A program made the position numbers and the translations under genes. A DNA stretch of 53,234 nucleotides from Candidatus Saccharimonadota bacterium (GTDB lineage: Bacteria > Patescibacteriota > Saccharimonadia > Saccharimonadales > UBA10212), in contig JACPKG010000016.1 in NCBI GenBank assembly GCA_016187175.1, positions 1 to 53,234 of the forward strand. Direction: 5' to 3'. The notes under the pieces are model-generated. The model did no database searches. It was not told where the DNA came from and saw only the letters and a program-made list of their open reading frames with translations. Below are positions 8,350 through 17,298 of this stretch, piece after piece. Within the stretch, counting starts at the first letter, position 1. Each line of letters opens with the position of its first letter.

Positions 8350-10109
8350 GACCTTGATTTTGCTATAGCGGCCACGCCGCGAATAATTGCCCGACCGAGT
8401 TTCTTGCGGTGTTCTTCGTTAAGCTTTTCCAACGCGCCGTAGTGTTTTTCCAAATAGCCCAGATGTCTTTTACGTTGCTTATGAAAGGCTGATTTGGACA
8501 ATCCCGATTTGGCAATAAAGGTGCTAACCTGTTCGCTGCCGATATAGTGCGGTAAAATAACGTAGCTGGCTCCAGCTTCGTAATACTTGGCGGCGTCCAG
8601 CGGGTCATCACTGTGGAAGATGGCTACGGCTCGGGGATTTTTGCGCTTTAAATAATCCAGTAAAAAGGTATTAACCTGGAAATCAGGAATCGTCGAAACG
8701 ACTAAGCGGGCCCGCTCCACGCCGGCTTCTTCTAGCAGTTCGACGTCAGTCGCATCGCCATATAAATAATTGATCTTACGACTTATCAATATATCAATAA
8801 TCTCAGGATCATAATCTATAACTACATATTTTTTCTTGAGCTTTTTAAACAGATTGATAAACTCGTGCCCGCCGCGCTGATAGCCAAATAAAACCAGTTC
8901 ATAATTTGTTTCCGGTTTCATGTCACTTTGAGCTTTTTTGCGCTCAAAAAGACTAAGATACTTTTCGAGGTGCGGATAAAGCCGGTCGCCAAAAGTTACC
9001 AGATAAGTTGATATGGCAATTGAAGCCAGGGCAATGATGGTGAGCAGGCTGACCATAGTAGGAGGAACCAAGCCTTGCTGCACGGCTAAAATGATAAAAA
9101 TAATTGAAAATTCGCTGACACTGGTAAGGGCAACGGCTGTCTTGAAACTGGTCCTTCTGGTATAACCTAATTCGCCAAGAGTGGCGAGCAATATAATTGG
9201 CTTTAGCAAAACAACAATCAGGACAGAAGCAATTACGACCCCAAAGAATTCACCAAATTGATCAAAAGAAAGCTCTGTGCCAAGAGCAATAAAAAAGATT
9301 ATAACAAAAAAGTCGCGCAACGGTCGCAGCCGGGCAGCAATTTCTTGAGCATAAGGCAGGGAGGCTAAAAATACGCCTGCGGCCAAAGCACCGATGGCCA
9401 AACTGAAACCGGCCTTGGCCAACAAGGTCGCGCCGCCAAGTCCCCAAGCGATAGCGAATAAGAACAAAACTTCTTGCTCACTGGCTACCAACTTCTGGGT
9501 TTTTGGCAGCAAGTACCGGCTTATCCAGTACATGATCGATCCCAGAATAAAACCCTTGAAGGCTAAAGCGGCCAAAGAGTCCAAAGCTAACCATTCGCCG
9601 TCTTGGGCCGAAGCAATGACTATTAAGGCGATAGCTGCTGCAATATCTTCGACTAAAAGTATGCCAATTGTCAGCTTGCCATACAATCGCCCTTGTTCTT
9701 TGTGGTCGCTCAGGAGCTTAAGAGCCACGACGGTGCTATTCAACGAAAGGCCCAAAGCAATAAATAACGCCTCGCGGCTATCAAGTCCAAGTACGGAGCC
9801 GACAAAATAACCGATCGTGGTCACTGATACAATTTGTATACTGGCTGTGAGGAAAGAGGCTTTACCAACTTCGCCGACCACCTTGGGGTTCATTCCTAAT
9901 CCGATGATAAACAACAGCAGGGCGATACCCATTTCCCCAAAAATGTCTAGGGTATCTGGGGAACTACTGATACGTAACAACGCTGGCCCGACAATAATGC
10001 CAGTAATGATGTGGCCAATAATTAGTGGCTGGCCGATGGATCGCATCAGCATGGAAACGCCAGCGCCAATGGCAATTATCAGGCTTAGTCCTGCGAAAGC
10101 ATTTTCCAT
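8346..10109 (-). CDS. CPA2 (Kef-type) cation:proton antiporter with a C-terminal RCK/TrkA-N domain
   Basis: About 12 TM Na_H_exchanger-like core, then a Rossmann-like domain (VLFGYQRGGHEFINLF). Start moved to MENAFAGL (10109) to avoid overlap with the NRAMP gene. Stop overlaps the convergent 6811 gene in CTAG. Confidence 0.85.
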   Translation of the reverse strand: MENAFAGLSLIIAIGAGVSMLMRSIGQPLIIGHIITGIIVGPALLRISSSPDTLDIFGEMGIALLLFIIGLGMNPKVVGEVGKASFLTASIQIVSVTTIGYFVGSVLGLDSREALFIALGLSLNSTVVALKLLSDHKEQGRLYGKLTIGILLVEDIAAAIALIVIASAQDGEWLALDSLAALAFKGFILGSIMYWISRYLLPKTQKLVASEQEVLFLFAIAWGLGGATLLAKAGFSLAIGALAAGVFLASLPYAQEIAARLRPLRDFFVIIFFIALGTELSFDQFGEFFGVVIASVLIVVLLKPIILLATLGELGYTRRTSFKTAVALTSVSEFSIIFIILAVQQGLVPPTMVSLLTIIALASIAISTYLVTFGDRLYPHLEKYLSLFERKKAQSDMKPETNYELVLFGYQRGGHEFINLFKKLKKKYVVIDYDPEIIDILISRKINYLYGDATDVELLEEAGVERARLVVSTIPDFQVNTFLLDYLKRKNPRAVAIFHSDDPLDAAKYYEAGASYVILPHYIGSEQVSTFIAKSGLSKSAFHKQRKRHLGYLEKHYGALEKLNEEHRKKLGRAIIRGVAAIAKSRS

Positions 10110-10161
10110 CTGATTGTATTTTAGCGTGAAACCCCTAAAGGTAAAACTTAGCGCAAGTTTT

Positions 10162-11472
10162 TTAAAACATCGCCAAGATAGCAGCCCCACCAGCCAATGC
10201 CATGATGCCGGTTACACACCAACCAGCGATTGTCGTGGTACGCTTATTGACCCAGGGACCCATGATGCGACGATTGCTACTTAAAAGGACGATGAAGGTA
10301 AGTACTAACGGTGCTACTATGCCATTGGTAATCGCGGAGTAAATTAGTGCTTTAATAGGGTCAATGCCCAGGAAATTTATCGCCAATCCGATAAGCATCG
10401 AAAATATCAGCACGCCGTAAAAAGCATGGGCCTGCTTGAAAGACCGTGCCAGACCTTCTTTCCAGCCAAAACTCTCACTGACAGCATAACTGCTACTGCC
10501 GGCCAGTACCGGAACGGCCAGCAGACCAGTGCCGACGATACCGATAGCGAACAAGTAATATGTAGCATCACCGGCAACCGGCCTAAGGGCTTCGGCAGCC
10601 TGGGCGGCGCTGTCAATATTGGTTATCCCCTGGCTGAACAAAAGCGCCCCACCGGCGGCAATGATAAAAAACATCACAATATTGGAAAGCAGCATACCGC
10701 TCCAAACATCGACCCGCATTTTATTGATAGATTTTGGATCGGGCGTATGTTTTCTCATCACATCTGTCCGGCCTGCCAGCGCCCTTTCTTCAACTTCCTG
10801 CGAAGTCTGCCAAAAAAATAAGTATGGCGAAATGGTGGTCCCAAGGATGGCGCAAATCAGCAAAATTTGATCTTTAGTCAGCGAAATGGACGGTGACAGG
10901 ACGCTTTTTGAGACTTCGCTCCAATTTAGGTTGGCCAGCAAAGCAGAGGCAACGTAAGCTAGCAATACCAAGGCCAGCCATTTAAGATAACGGGCATAAC
11001 GGGCATAGGGAAGAAAAATCTGCAACAGCAGGCTGAGGGCGACAAACCCGATAACTAGAAGTACATAGTTAGCAGCCGGCTGCAATAATTGGACGGCCTT
11101 GGCCATGGCGCCAAGATCGGCGCCAATATTAAATGCATTGGCGCCAAATAAAAGTAAGGTAGCGATATAGAGCAAACGTTTAGAAAAATGTTGGCGGATA
11201 TTGCCGGCCAGCCCCCGGCCGGTTACGATGCCAATACGGGCGCACATTTCCTGCACAATCGACATTAGTGGAAAAGTAAATACGCTTAACCAAAGCAGCT
11301 GGAAGCCGTACTGCGCACCGGTTTGTGAGTAGGTTGCGATTCCTGACGGATCGTCATCACTGGCGCCAGTGGTTAGGCCCGGGCCTAGCGTATGCCAATA
11401 ATCCCTAGTTTTTTTAATTGGGCCAACTGCCTCAACCTTTTCGATTTCATTGATAATTATGTTTTGGGCCAT
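10162..11472 (-). CDS. NRAMP/SLC11-family divalent cation transporter
   Basis: GPGLTTGASDDDPSGIATYSQTGAQYGFQLLW N-terminal signature and 11-12 TM helices. Start set at MAQNII (11472), because a TGTTATAAC -10-like box (minus strand) lies inside the longer track ORF. Confidence 0.85.
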   Translation of the reverse strand: MAQNIIINEIEKVEAVGPIKKTRDYWHTLGPGLTTGASDDDPSGIATYSQTGAQYGFQLLWLSVFTFPLMSIVQEMCARIGIVTGRGLAGNIRQHFSKRLLYIATLLLFGANAFNIGADLGAMAKAVQLLQPAANYVLLVIGFVALSLLLQIFLPYARYARYLKWLALVLLAYVASALLANLNWSEVSKSVLSPSISLTKDQILLICAILGTTISPYLFFWQTSQEVEERALAGRTDVMRKHTPDPKSINKMRVDVWSGMLLSNIVMFFIIAAGGALLFSQGITNIDSAAQAAEALRPVAGDATYYLFAIGIVGTGLLAVPVLAGSSSYAVSESFGWKEGLARSFKQAHAFYGVLIFSMLIGLAINFLGIDPIKALIYSAITNGIVAPLVLTFIVLLSSNRRIMGPWVNKRTTTIAGWCVTGIMALAGGAAILAMF

Positions 11473-11631
11473 CTTCTTACCGCTTATGTTATAACAGTTT
11501 GTCATACCTTACCATCTACTAACTACCAACTGCCAAAATATGGCTTGACGCAGTAAGCAATATTATCTAAGCTTATGTTTACGTGTTGCGGGCCATGTCC
11601 GCATCAAATAAAAACGGGAGGTAAAATAAAA

Positions 11632-11724
11632 ATGCCTATCAAGGTTAAATTTATGCGCTCACGAGCGCATAAAATAAAAGTCCAAATCTCGCAGTCTTTC
11701 TGGGCTACATACCAGGTCTATTAG
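11632..11724 (+). CDS. possible 30-codon basic small ORF (MPIKVKFMRSRAHKIKVQISQSFWATYQVY)
   Basis: GGGAGG SD 9 nt upstream of the ATG. Contains the palindrome TATGCGCTC-acg-AGCGCATA. No homology recognised. Confidence 0.25.
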   Translation: MPIKVKFMRSRAHKIKVQISQSFWATYQVY

Positions 11725-11800
11725 CCATTGAACTTAGACCCTAGAACGTCGAACATTACTTTAGCATTTACCATAGAACATGTGTTCCAAGAGCTACGAT

Positions 11801-12481
11801 CTATTGCTTGGTTTGCTTGGCGATCTCAGCGTCTAGGAGAGTTTTAAATTTTTCAAACTGCGGACGGTTGTTTTGATCTGTCAGCCTGGAACTTTCTATA
11901 TGGACACCATTTAGAAAAAAGGTCGGCGTGCTCATTGGCAAACCGCTTTTATTAAACTCGGCAAGGTCAGCATTAATAGCATCGTTGACTTTACTGCTTC
12001 CATAATCTTGCTTGAACTGTTCCATATTCAAGCCGATTTTTTGAGCGTATGAATCAAAAAGACTGCGCGCGTTAGCGGAATTCGTCCAAGTTTGCCAATT
12101 GGAGAAATCATAGAGTATATCGTGCATTTCCCAGAACTTATTTTGCTGATCGGCAGCCTCGGCCGCTCTAGCCGCCGCAAAGGCGTTAGGGTGGATGGAA
12201 ACTAGAGGTAAATTGCGGAATTGGAAATAGATATCTTGACTGTATTGGGCTATTACTTGCTGTAGCACGGGTTCATAGGCTTCGCATGCCGAACATTGAT
12301 AATCACCATACTCGATTAACCTGACATTTTTTGTGCCTTCGCCTCTAACATGATTAGTTATCTGGGTTTGGCTACCCAGCGTGCTACCACCGGCATTATT
12401 GCTAGAACGCTGGCTAAAGATAAATATGCCGCCAAAAATGACGACTATAGCGGCTAAAATTGTTAGAAAGCGTTTATCCAT
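11801..12481 (-). CDS. membrane-anchored DsbA-family thiol:disulfide oxidoreductase
   Basis: N-terminal TM helix and a thioredoxin fold with YGDYQCSACEAYEP (CxxC). Start at MDKRF (12481), preceded by a GGTAGGAG SD and a TGTTATAAT extended -10 (complement of 12506-12514). Confidence 0.8.
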   Translation of the reverse strand: MDKRFLTILAAIVVIFGGIFIFSQRSSNNAGGSTLGSQTQITNHVRGEGTKNVRLIEYGDYQCSACEAYEPVLQQVIAQYSQDIYFQFRNLPLVSIHPNAFAAARAAEAADQQNKFWEMHDILYDFSNWQTWTNSANARSLFDSYAQKIGLNMEQFKQDYGSSKVNDAINADLAEFNKSGLPMSTPTFFLNGVHIESSRLTDQNNRPQFEKFKTLLDAEIAKQTKQ

Positions 12482-12584
12482 ATCTCCTACCCTTAGTTTT
12501 TGATTATTATAACATAATATTGTCTTATAATGCAACCTACCTATTATCTCATACTCCGCTTTAAGTGCTTTGCTCTGCTAAGAT

Positions 12585-12709
12585 TATAGTACGGATGAAT
12601 CCCGTTAGACCTCAGCCTGCAACTTTCACACTAACTTTGCGTTGGATCTGCTTTAAATTGCCAACGATCAACAATTTTTATAAGCCAAGGCTGAGGTTCT
12701 AACGGGATG
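12585..12709 (+). promoter_or_regulatory. leader module copy A: -10 box, near-leaderless 35-codon uORF, and a long-range helix sequestering the SD and AUG of the downstream gene
   Basis: TATAGT at 12585-12590. 12599-12617 (ATCCCGTTAGACCTCAGCC) pairs with 12689-12708 (GGCTGAGGTTCTAACGGGAT, one bulge). The uORF stop at 12700-12702 lies 4 nt before ATG 12707. Confidence 0.6.
12595..12702 (+). CDS. leader peptide MNPVRPQPATFTLTLRWICFKLPTINNFYKPRLRF
   Basis: Same 35-codon length as the copy at 24058-24165. Shares MNPVRPQPA, R..CFKL (with synonymous codon differences) and PRLRF-stop. Confidence 0.5.
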   Translation: MNPVRPQPATFTLTLRWICFKLPTINNFYKPRLRF

Positions 12710-13714
12710 AAAACCATAGGCATATTACTTTTAGCGGTGGTACTGGCCAAGTGTATCTTGCTTTATAAAGCTTCCAAAGCTCTACCGCTGGCTGAACTTC
12801 GCCGACGGGCAAGGGGTGGTGGCGATAAACACACCCAAGCTCTTTATAAAGTATTAGCTTTTCAGTCTTCATTAAAATTTATTATTTGGACGGTCGGAGT
12901 AACTTCTGCCACGATGCTTGTTTTGCTGGCAGCTGATTTTTCTGGCTGGCTAGTTTTAGTATTTATAGCCGCCACCAGCTGGTTGCTTTTAGACGAGCGG
13001 TTTTCTATCCGGACCGGGAACTGGCTGTGGGAAGTTTCGGCCCTTGTGGCCTCGGTGGTTTTGCCAGTTGTCAATTTTTTGCAGCCGGTACTCGTGCGCC
13101 TCGGCGGCCATGTTAGGGGTTTAGAGCGTGGTCATACAGGTATTTACGAGGTTGAAGATTTAATGGATTTTATCGACCGCCAAAGCAGGCAACTGGATAA
13201 CCGTCTTTCGGCCGCTCAACTCCAAAGCGTTCGTAGCGCTCTGAAATTTGCTGACCAAAATATCGGTAGTGTAATGACGCCGCGCAAATCGGTAAAGTGG
13301 GTGGCGGCCAACGAACCTATCGGTCCGACGTTAATGGACGACTTACACAAAACAGGTCATAAGCGTTTTCCAGTTGTGACCGATACCGTTTCTGTTAAGT
13401 CGACAGCACCAAAAATCGTCGGCACGCTTTACCTACGCGATCTTTTAAAAAACCTGGAAAAGCCGGGCACCGCCCAAGATATTATGAAAAAAGACGCCCA
13501 CTTTATTAATGAGTCAAATAGTTTGCGCCAGGCACTGGACGGCTTTGTAAAGTCAGGCCAACATCTGTTGATCGTGGTTAACAACTTTGAGGAAGTAGTA
13601 GGAGTTTTAACTTTAGAAGATGTGCTGGAACAAATATTGGGAGAAAAAATTGCTGATGAATTTGAAAGTTACGATGATTTACGAGCTGTCGCCGGCCACG
13701 AAGCCAAAAAATAA
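12707..13714 (+). CDS. CNNM/CorC-family protein (DUF21 transmembrane domain plus CBS pair), putative Mg2+/Co2+ transport mediator
   Basis: 335 aa with 3-4 N-terminal TM helices, then a tandem CBS region (VMTPRKSVKWV ... HLLIVVNNFEEVVGVLTLEDVLEQILGE). No CorC_HlyC C-terminal domain. Confidence 0.8.
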   Translation: MKTIGILLLAVVLAKCILLYKASKALPLAELRRRARGGGDKHTQALYKVLAFQSSLKFIIWTVGVTSATMLVLLAADFSGWLVLVFIAATSWLLLDERFSIRTGNWLWEVSALVASVVLPVVNFLQPVLVRLGGHVRGLERGHTGIYEVEDLMDFIDRQSRQLDNRLSAAQLQSVRSALKFADQNIGSVMTPRKSVKWVAANEPIGPTLMDDLHKTGHKRFPVVTDTVSVKSTAPKIVGTLYLRDLLKNLEKPGTAQDIMKKDAHFINESNSLRQALDGFVKSGQHLLIVVNNFEEVVGVLTLEDVLEQILGEKIADEFESYDDLRAVAGHEAKK

Positions 13715-13836
13715 TTTGTACCGACGGGCTTAAGTATGTATATTGTTGGCAGTTCGTGGAAAGCCACAAATCTCTACCGCCACCAGGAACGCCCGAAAGC
13801 CTTTTATATCTTTTCCATCTTGACTATCCAGAAATT

Positions 13837-13867
13837 CAAACCCGTCGTCAAATGTCGGGTTTTTTTA
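13837..13867 (+). terminator. rho-independent terminator
   Basis: CAAACCCG-tcgtcaaatgt-CGGGTTT followed by a T-run. Confidence 0.6.
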
Positions 13868-14367
13868 ATGACCACCAAATCCCTGCCGTCTTAGCCAAAT
13901 GTATAGAGAACGGACTTCAGGTTAGTGAACATGTACGGGCATCAGTTTTAACACACCCCTCGTTGTTAAGCGTAAGACTAGTACAAGTTGACTGCCAGCC
14001 GATGCACGACAGACACATATCCTTATCCTTTGGGATTGACTGGGACTATGACTTAGTGCCAGAAGAGGTAGTGCCAATACAAGCGCTTGATCTATCCGGC
14101 AGTTGGGCAGACAGGAACCGTAAGATGATTGCCTACCATTCATGGGCAACGGATGACACTAAAGAATATCCTTCGCACAATCCACCGACTAAAAGATCCA
14201 TGGCTATACGTAAGAGTGAGCGAGATCCACAAGTAGTTTTATTGATACTTCGTACAATCATTTCCCAAATTATGGTTGTGCCAAATCCTAAAATAGAAAT
14301 GGCAGCGGCCACTATCCGGCCAGAAGTAGAAGCTATTGGCCAAGTGGCAATATTTTCAGCAGATTGA
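13852..14367 (+). CDS. doubtful hypothetical ORF
   Basis: Part of track ORF 13756-14367. Its ATG sits inside the terminator hairpin, and the region is overlapped by minus-strand ORFs (14133-14450, 13922-14149) that are no more convincing. No motifs recognised. Confidence 0.25.
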   Translation: MSGFFNDHQIPAVLAKCIENGLQVSEHVRASVLTHPSLLSVRLVQVDCQPMHDRHISLSFGIDWDYDLVPEEVVPIQALDLSGSWADRNRKMIAYHSWATDDTKEYPSHNPPTKRSMAIRKSERDPQVVLLILRTIISQIMVVPNPKIEMAAATIRPEVEAIGQVAIFSAD

Positions 14368-14530
14368 AAGCGACTTCTCGGCGAGCCACACCGTAAATTG
14401 TTACTTTTCCATTTCTCGTCTTTATCTTTAAGTAGGGAAGAAGCAGACATTGTGTGACGAGGCAGTAGTTACGGTAAATGGAAAATGGGAGAGTCTGGAA
14501 TTCGATAATCCATCTGTTACAATTGTGAGG

Positions 14531-15844
14531 ATGGATAGGATTTTAAGCCGTGATGTGGCGGGTCATGCTGGGAAAAAAGCCACGTTGCAGGGCTGGCTGC
14601 ATAAGAAGCGATTGCTGGGCAGGCTAAACTTTATTTTGCTACGCGACCGCAGTGGCGTGACGCAAATAGTGGTTGAAGACGAGGCCGAAATTAAGAAGCT
14701 TCACGGCCTCCACATTGGTACGGTATTGGTAGTTAGTGGTACTGTTGTTGCCGAAAAGCGGGCTCCGGGTGGAGCTGAAATCCGCGACCCAAAAATCACA
14801 GTCGCAGTACCCGTAACTGACGAACCACCGATTGAAATTGATAAGCCCCTTAGTCACAAATCAGCCAATCTAGACACTCTTTTTGATAACCGCGTTATCG
14901 GCCTACGAAACTTGCGCGAACAAGCTATTTTTAAAGTTCAAGCGGCGGTTAAAGAGGCCATCCGCCAGTACTTGTTTAGCCAGGACTTCGTTGAGTTTAA
15001 CTCGCCCAAACTTTTACCAGGAGCGACGGAAGGCGGGGCAGATGTCTTTAAGCTCGATTATTTTGGTAAAGAAGCTACGCTGGCCCAAAGCGCCCAGTTT
15101 TATAAACAAATCATGGTTGGTGTTTACGAGCGGGCCTTCGAAATCAACCCAACTTACCGCGCCGAGCCTTCGGCTACTACCCGCCACATGACGGAATTCA
15201 TAACAATAGACGTAGAAATGGGCTTTATTGACTTTAATGAATTACTTGACTTGTTAAGTAATTTGCTTAATGTCGTTGTTGACAACGTATGGAAAAATAA
15301 AGCCCAAGAACTCAAACTGTGGGAAGCTAAAAGACCCGTCTTGCCAGCCACAATTCCGACTATGACTATGGCTGAGATCCATGAAAGATACTCCAAAGAT
15401 ACCGGCGAAAATTCGGTAGGCGAAAAAGACCTGCGACCTGACGAGGAGCGCTGGATTTGTGAATACACCGCCAAAAATTTGAAGTCCCAAGCAGTATTTG
15501 TGACGCAGTGGCCGGCCAGCGAAGCCAAATTCTATCACAAGCTTTATGATGATAAGCCGAAGCTGGCGGAACGTTTTGACCTGCTCTTTCGCGGAGTGGA
15601 AATTGCCACCGGCAGCCTGCGCGAACACCGCTACGATAAATTGGTCAAGCAGCTCAAAGACAAAACCGGTAGCGGGCCCGATGCGCCCGGATTCAAATAT
15701 TTCCTGCAAGCGTTTAGGTACGGCATGCCGCCACACGGTGGCTTCGGCATGGGCCTGGAACGCCTAACCGAAAAGATTATTGGCCTTTCAAATGTTAAGG
15801 AAGCAACATTATTCCCAAGGGATATCAACCGCTTGACTCCATAG
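14531..15844 (+). CDS. aspS: aspartate--tRNA ligase, archaeal/eukaryal-type (short, probably non-discriminating)
   Basis: OB-fold N-terminus (ATLQGWLHKKRLLGRLNFILLRDRSGVTQIVV) and class II motifs (FEINPTYRAEPS; GGFGMGLERL). About 437 aa from MDRILS. Confidence 0.9.
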   Translation: MDRILSRDVAGHAGKKATLQGWLHKKRLLGRLNFILLRDRSGVTQIVVEDEAEIKKLHGLHIGTVLVVSGTVVAEKRAPGGAEIRDPKITVAVPVTDEPPIEIDKPLSHKSANLDTLFDNRVIGLRNLREQAIFKVQAAVKEAIRQYLFSQDFVEFNSPKLLPGATEGGADVFKLDYFGKEATLAQSAQFYKQIMVGVYERAFEINPTYRAEPSATTRHMTEFITIDVEMGFIDFNELLDLLSNLLNVVVDNVWKNKAQELKLWEAKRPVLPATIPTMTMAEIHERYSKDTGENSVGEKDLRPDEERWICEYTAKNLKSQAVFVTQWPASEAKFYHKLYDDKPKLAERFDLLFRGVEIATGSLREHRYDKLVKQLKDKTGSGPDAPGFKYFLQAFRYGMPPHGGFGMGLERLTEKIIGLSNVKEATLFPRDINRLTP

Positions 15845-15847
15845 TTT

Positions 15848-16732
15848 ATGAAAATTCCGGTCAAGACTCTAAAAAATGGTTTTTCATTACCGATCTATGG
15901 AATGGGACTATGGCAGGTTGGCGGCCGTTACGAAATTGATACCAGCCAGGATACTGAGGAAATTGAGAATATCCAACGAGCGATAACTTTAGGCATTGCT
16001 CATTTTGACACGGCCGAGCTTTATGCGGCGGGACATTCGGAAGAACTACTCGGTGCTGCTATCAAAGGATTTGACAGAAACAAATTAACAATTGCCACTA
16101 AAGTCTCACCCGAGCATCACCACTATGATGCATTGCTACATGCCTTCGAAAACAGCTTAAAGCGAATAGGTACTGAATACATTGATCTATATATGCTGCA
16201 TCGTTTTCCGCCGCCGGGCACCAAAATTGAAGAAAGCTTGAAGGCCATGAACCGGCTTGTGGAAGAAGGTGTCGTTAAAAATATCGGTGTTTCTAACTTC
16301 ACGAATAATCGCTTTAAAGAAGCCCAAAAATATTCGGCTCATCCAATAGCGTGTAATCAAGTCCATTACAATGTGGAGTATAGAGAAGTTGAAGATAAAA
16401 GTGTGCTTAGATTCTGTCAAGAAAATGACACCTTCTTGGTGGCTTACAGACCACTACAAAAAGGAGAACTTCCCAAATCCCCGCTCCTTAAAGAACTTGC
16501 CGAAAAGTACAATAAGACCCCAACACAAGTTTCACTTAATTGGTTAATTTCACAAGACAATGTGGTAACAATTTGTAAAACCAGCAATCCAGAGCATCTG
16601 AAAGAAAATTTGGGGGCCTTAGGTTGGAAGCTGGAGGCTGGTGATGTTGAGCGAGTAAGACGGAATTATGAAGTCCAGCATAAAGTTTCAGATGCTGTTC
16701 CGCTCGATTACGAAGGTGACATAGTACCATGA
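15848..16732 (+). CDS. aldo/keto reductase
   Basis: 294 aa with LPIYGMGLWQ, HFDTAELYA, IDLYMLH and NIGVSNF motifs of the AKR superfamily. Confidence 0.85.
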   Translation: MKIPVKTLKNGFSLPIYGMGLWQVGGRYEIDTSQDTEEIENIQRAITLGIAHFDTAELYAAGHSEELLGAAIKGFDRNKLTIATKVSPEHHHYDALLHAFENSLKRIGTEYIDLYMLHRFPPPGTKIEESLKAMNRLVEEGVVKNIGVSNFTNNRFKEAQKYSAHPIACNQVHYNVEYREVEDKSVLRFCQENDTFLVAYRPLQKGELPKSPLLKELAEKYNKTPTQVSLNWLISQDNVVTICKTSNPEHLKENLGALGWKLEAGDVERVRRNYEVQHKVSDAVPLDYEGDIVP

Positions 16733-17298
16733 AGGCGTTTTTGATTCCTGGAAACGGGGAAGACCTCAAGTCGCGGGATTACCAGGCAGTGTTGAACATG
16801 TACAAAGAGCTTGGCTATAAGCCCAAATTCGTACCGATCGATTGGAAGTATAAGACAATTGATGATTGGGTGGGGCAAGTCAAAAAACAAATCCCAGCAA
16901 GCGATATCAAAAACTCGCTCTTGTCCGGCTTTTCCTTTGGGTCAATGATAGTTCTGGCGGTAGCGGCTGAAGTTAACCCGAAAAAACTTTTGCTGTTTTC
17001 TTTATCAACCTATTTTGCCGAAGATTTTCCGAAGCAAGAAAAAGATTTAAAACGAATTGGCAAGAGACGAATTGAAAAATTTAAAAACCTTTCATTTAGC
17101 AAAACCGCAGCTAAAATTAATTGCCCAACATTGCTTTTTGTTGGGAGTAAGGAAATAAAGAAATACAAAGATACAGATCACCGTAGCAAAAAAGCACATC
17201 AAGAAATTAGTAATAGTAAATTGATTGTTGTACAAGGCGTTGGCCACAATGTGAGCGACCCTAAATATGTAGAAGCAATTAAAAAGGAGTTAGTGTGA
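16729..17298 (+). CDS. small alpha/beta-hydrolase-fold protein
   Basis: 189 aa with a GFSFGS nucleophile elbow (GxSxG) and a C-terminal GVGHN His. ATGA overlap with the AKR gene. Confidence 0.7.
   Translation: MKAFLIPGNGEDLKSRDYQAVLNMYKELGYKPKFVPIDWKYKTIDDWVGQVKKQIPASDIKNSLLSGFSFGSMIVLAVAAEVNPKKLLLFSLSTYFAEDFPKQEKDLKRIGKRRIEKFKNLSFSKTAAKINCPTLLFVGSKEIKKYKDTDHRSKKAHQEISNSKLIVVQGVGHNVSDPKYVEAIKKELV

Noticed and set aside
9262-10870. ORFs overlapping the Kef and NRAMP genes (9262-9447 in an alternate minus-strand frame; 9394-9810, 9817-10113, 10426-10821 and 10619-10870 antisense on the plus strand).
   Set aside because: Overlapping frames of well-supported transporter genes, with Pro/Ser/Ala-rich compositions typical of overlapping non-coding frames.
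12599-12708. The leader-module arms as terminal inverted repeats of a MITE, with TGAA flanks as a target duplication.
   Set aside because: The same GGATGAA flank occurs at both copies, so it is part of the element rather than a target duplication. Both full copies sit in the same orientation exactly at gene 5' ends and supply the SD and ATG. The uORF length and the central CFKL are conserved with synonymous changes. A mobile origin is not fully excluded.
14639-15864. Alternative-frame and antisense ORFs within aspS (14639-14857, 14883-15191, 15154-15528, 15254-15736, 15546-15767, 15631-15864).
   Set aside because: aspS carries the class II synthetase motifs in its own frame. The others have no motifs.
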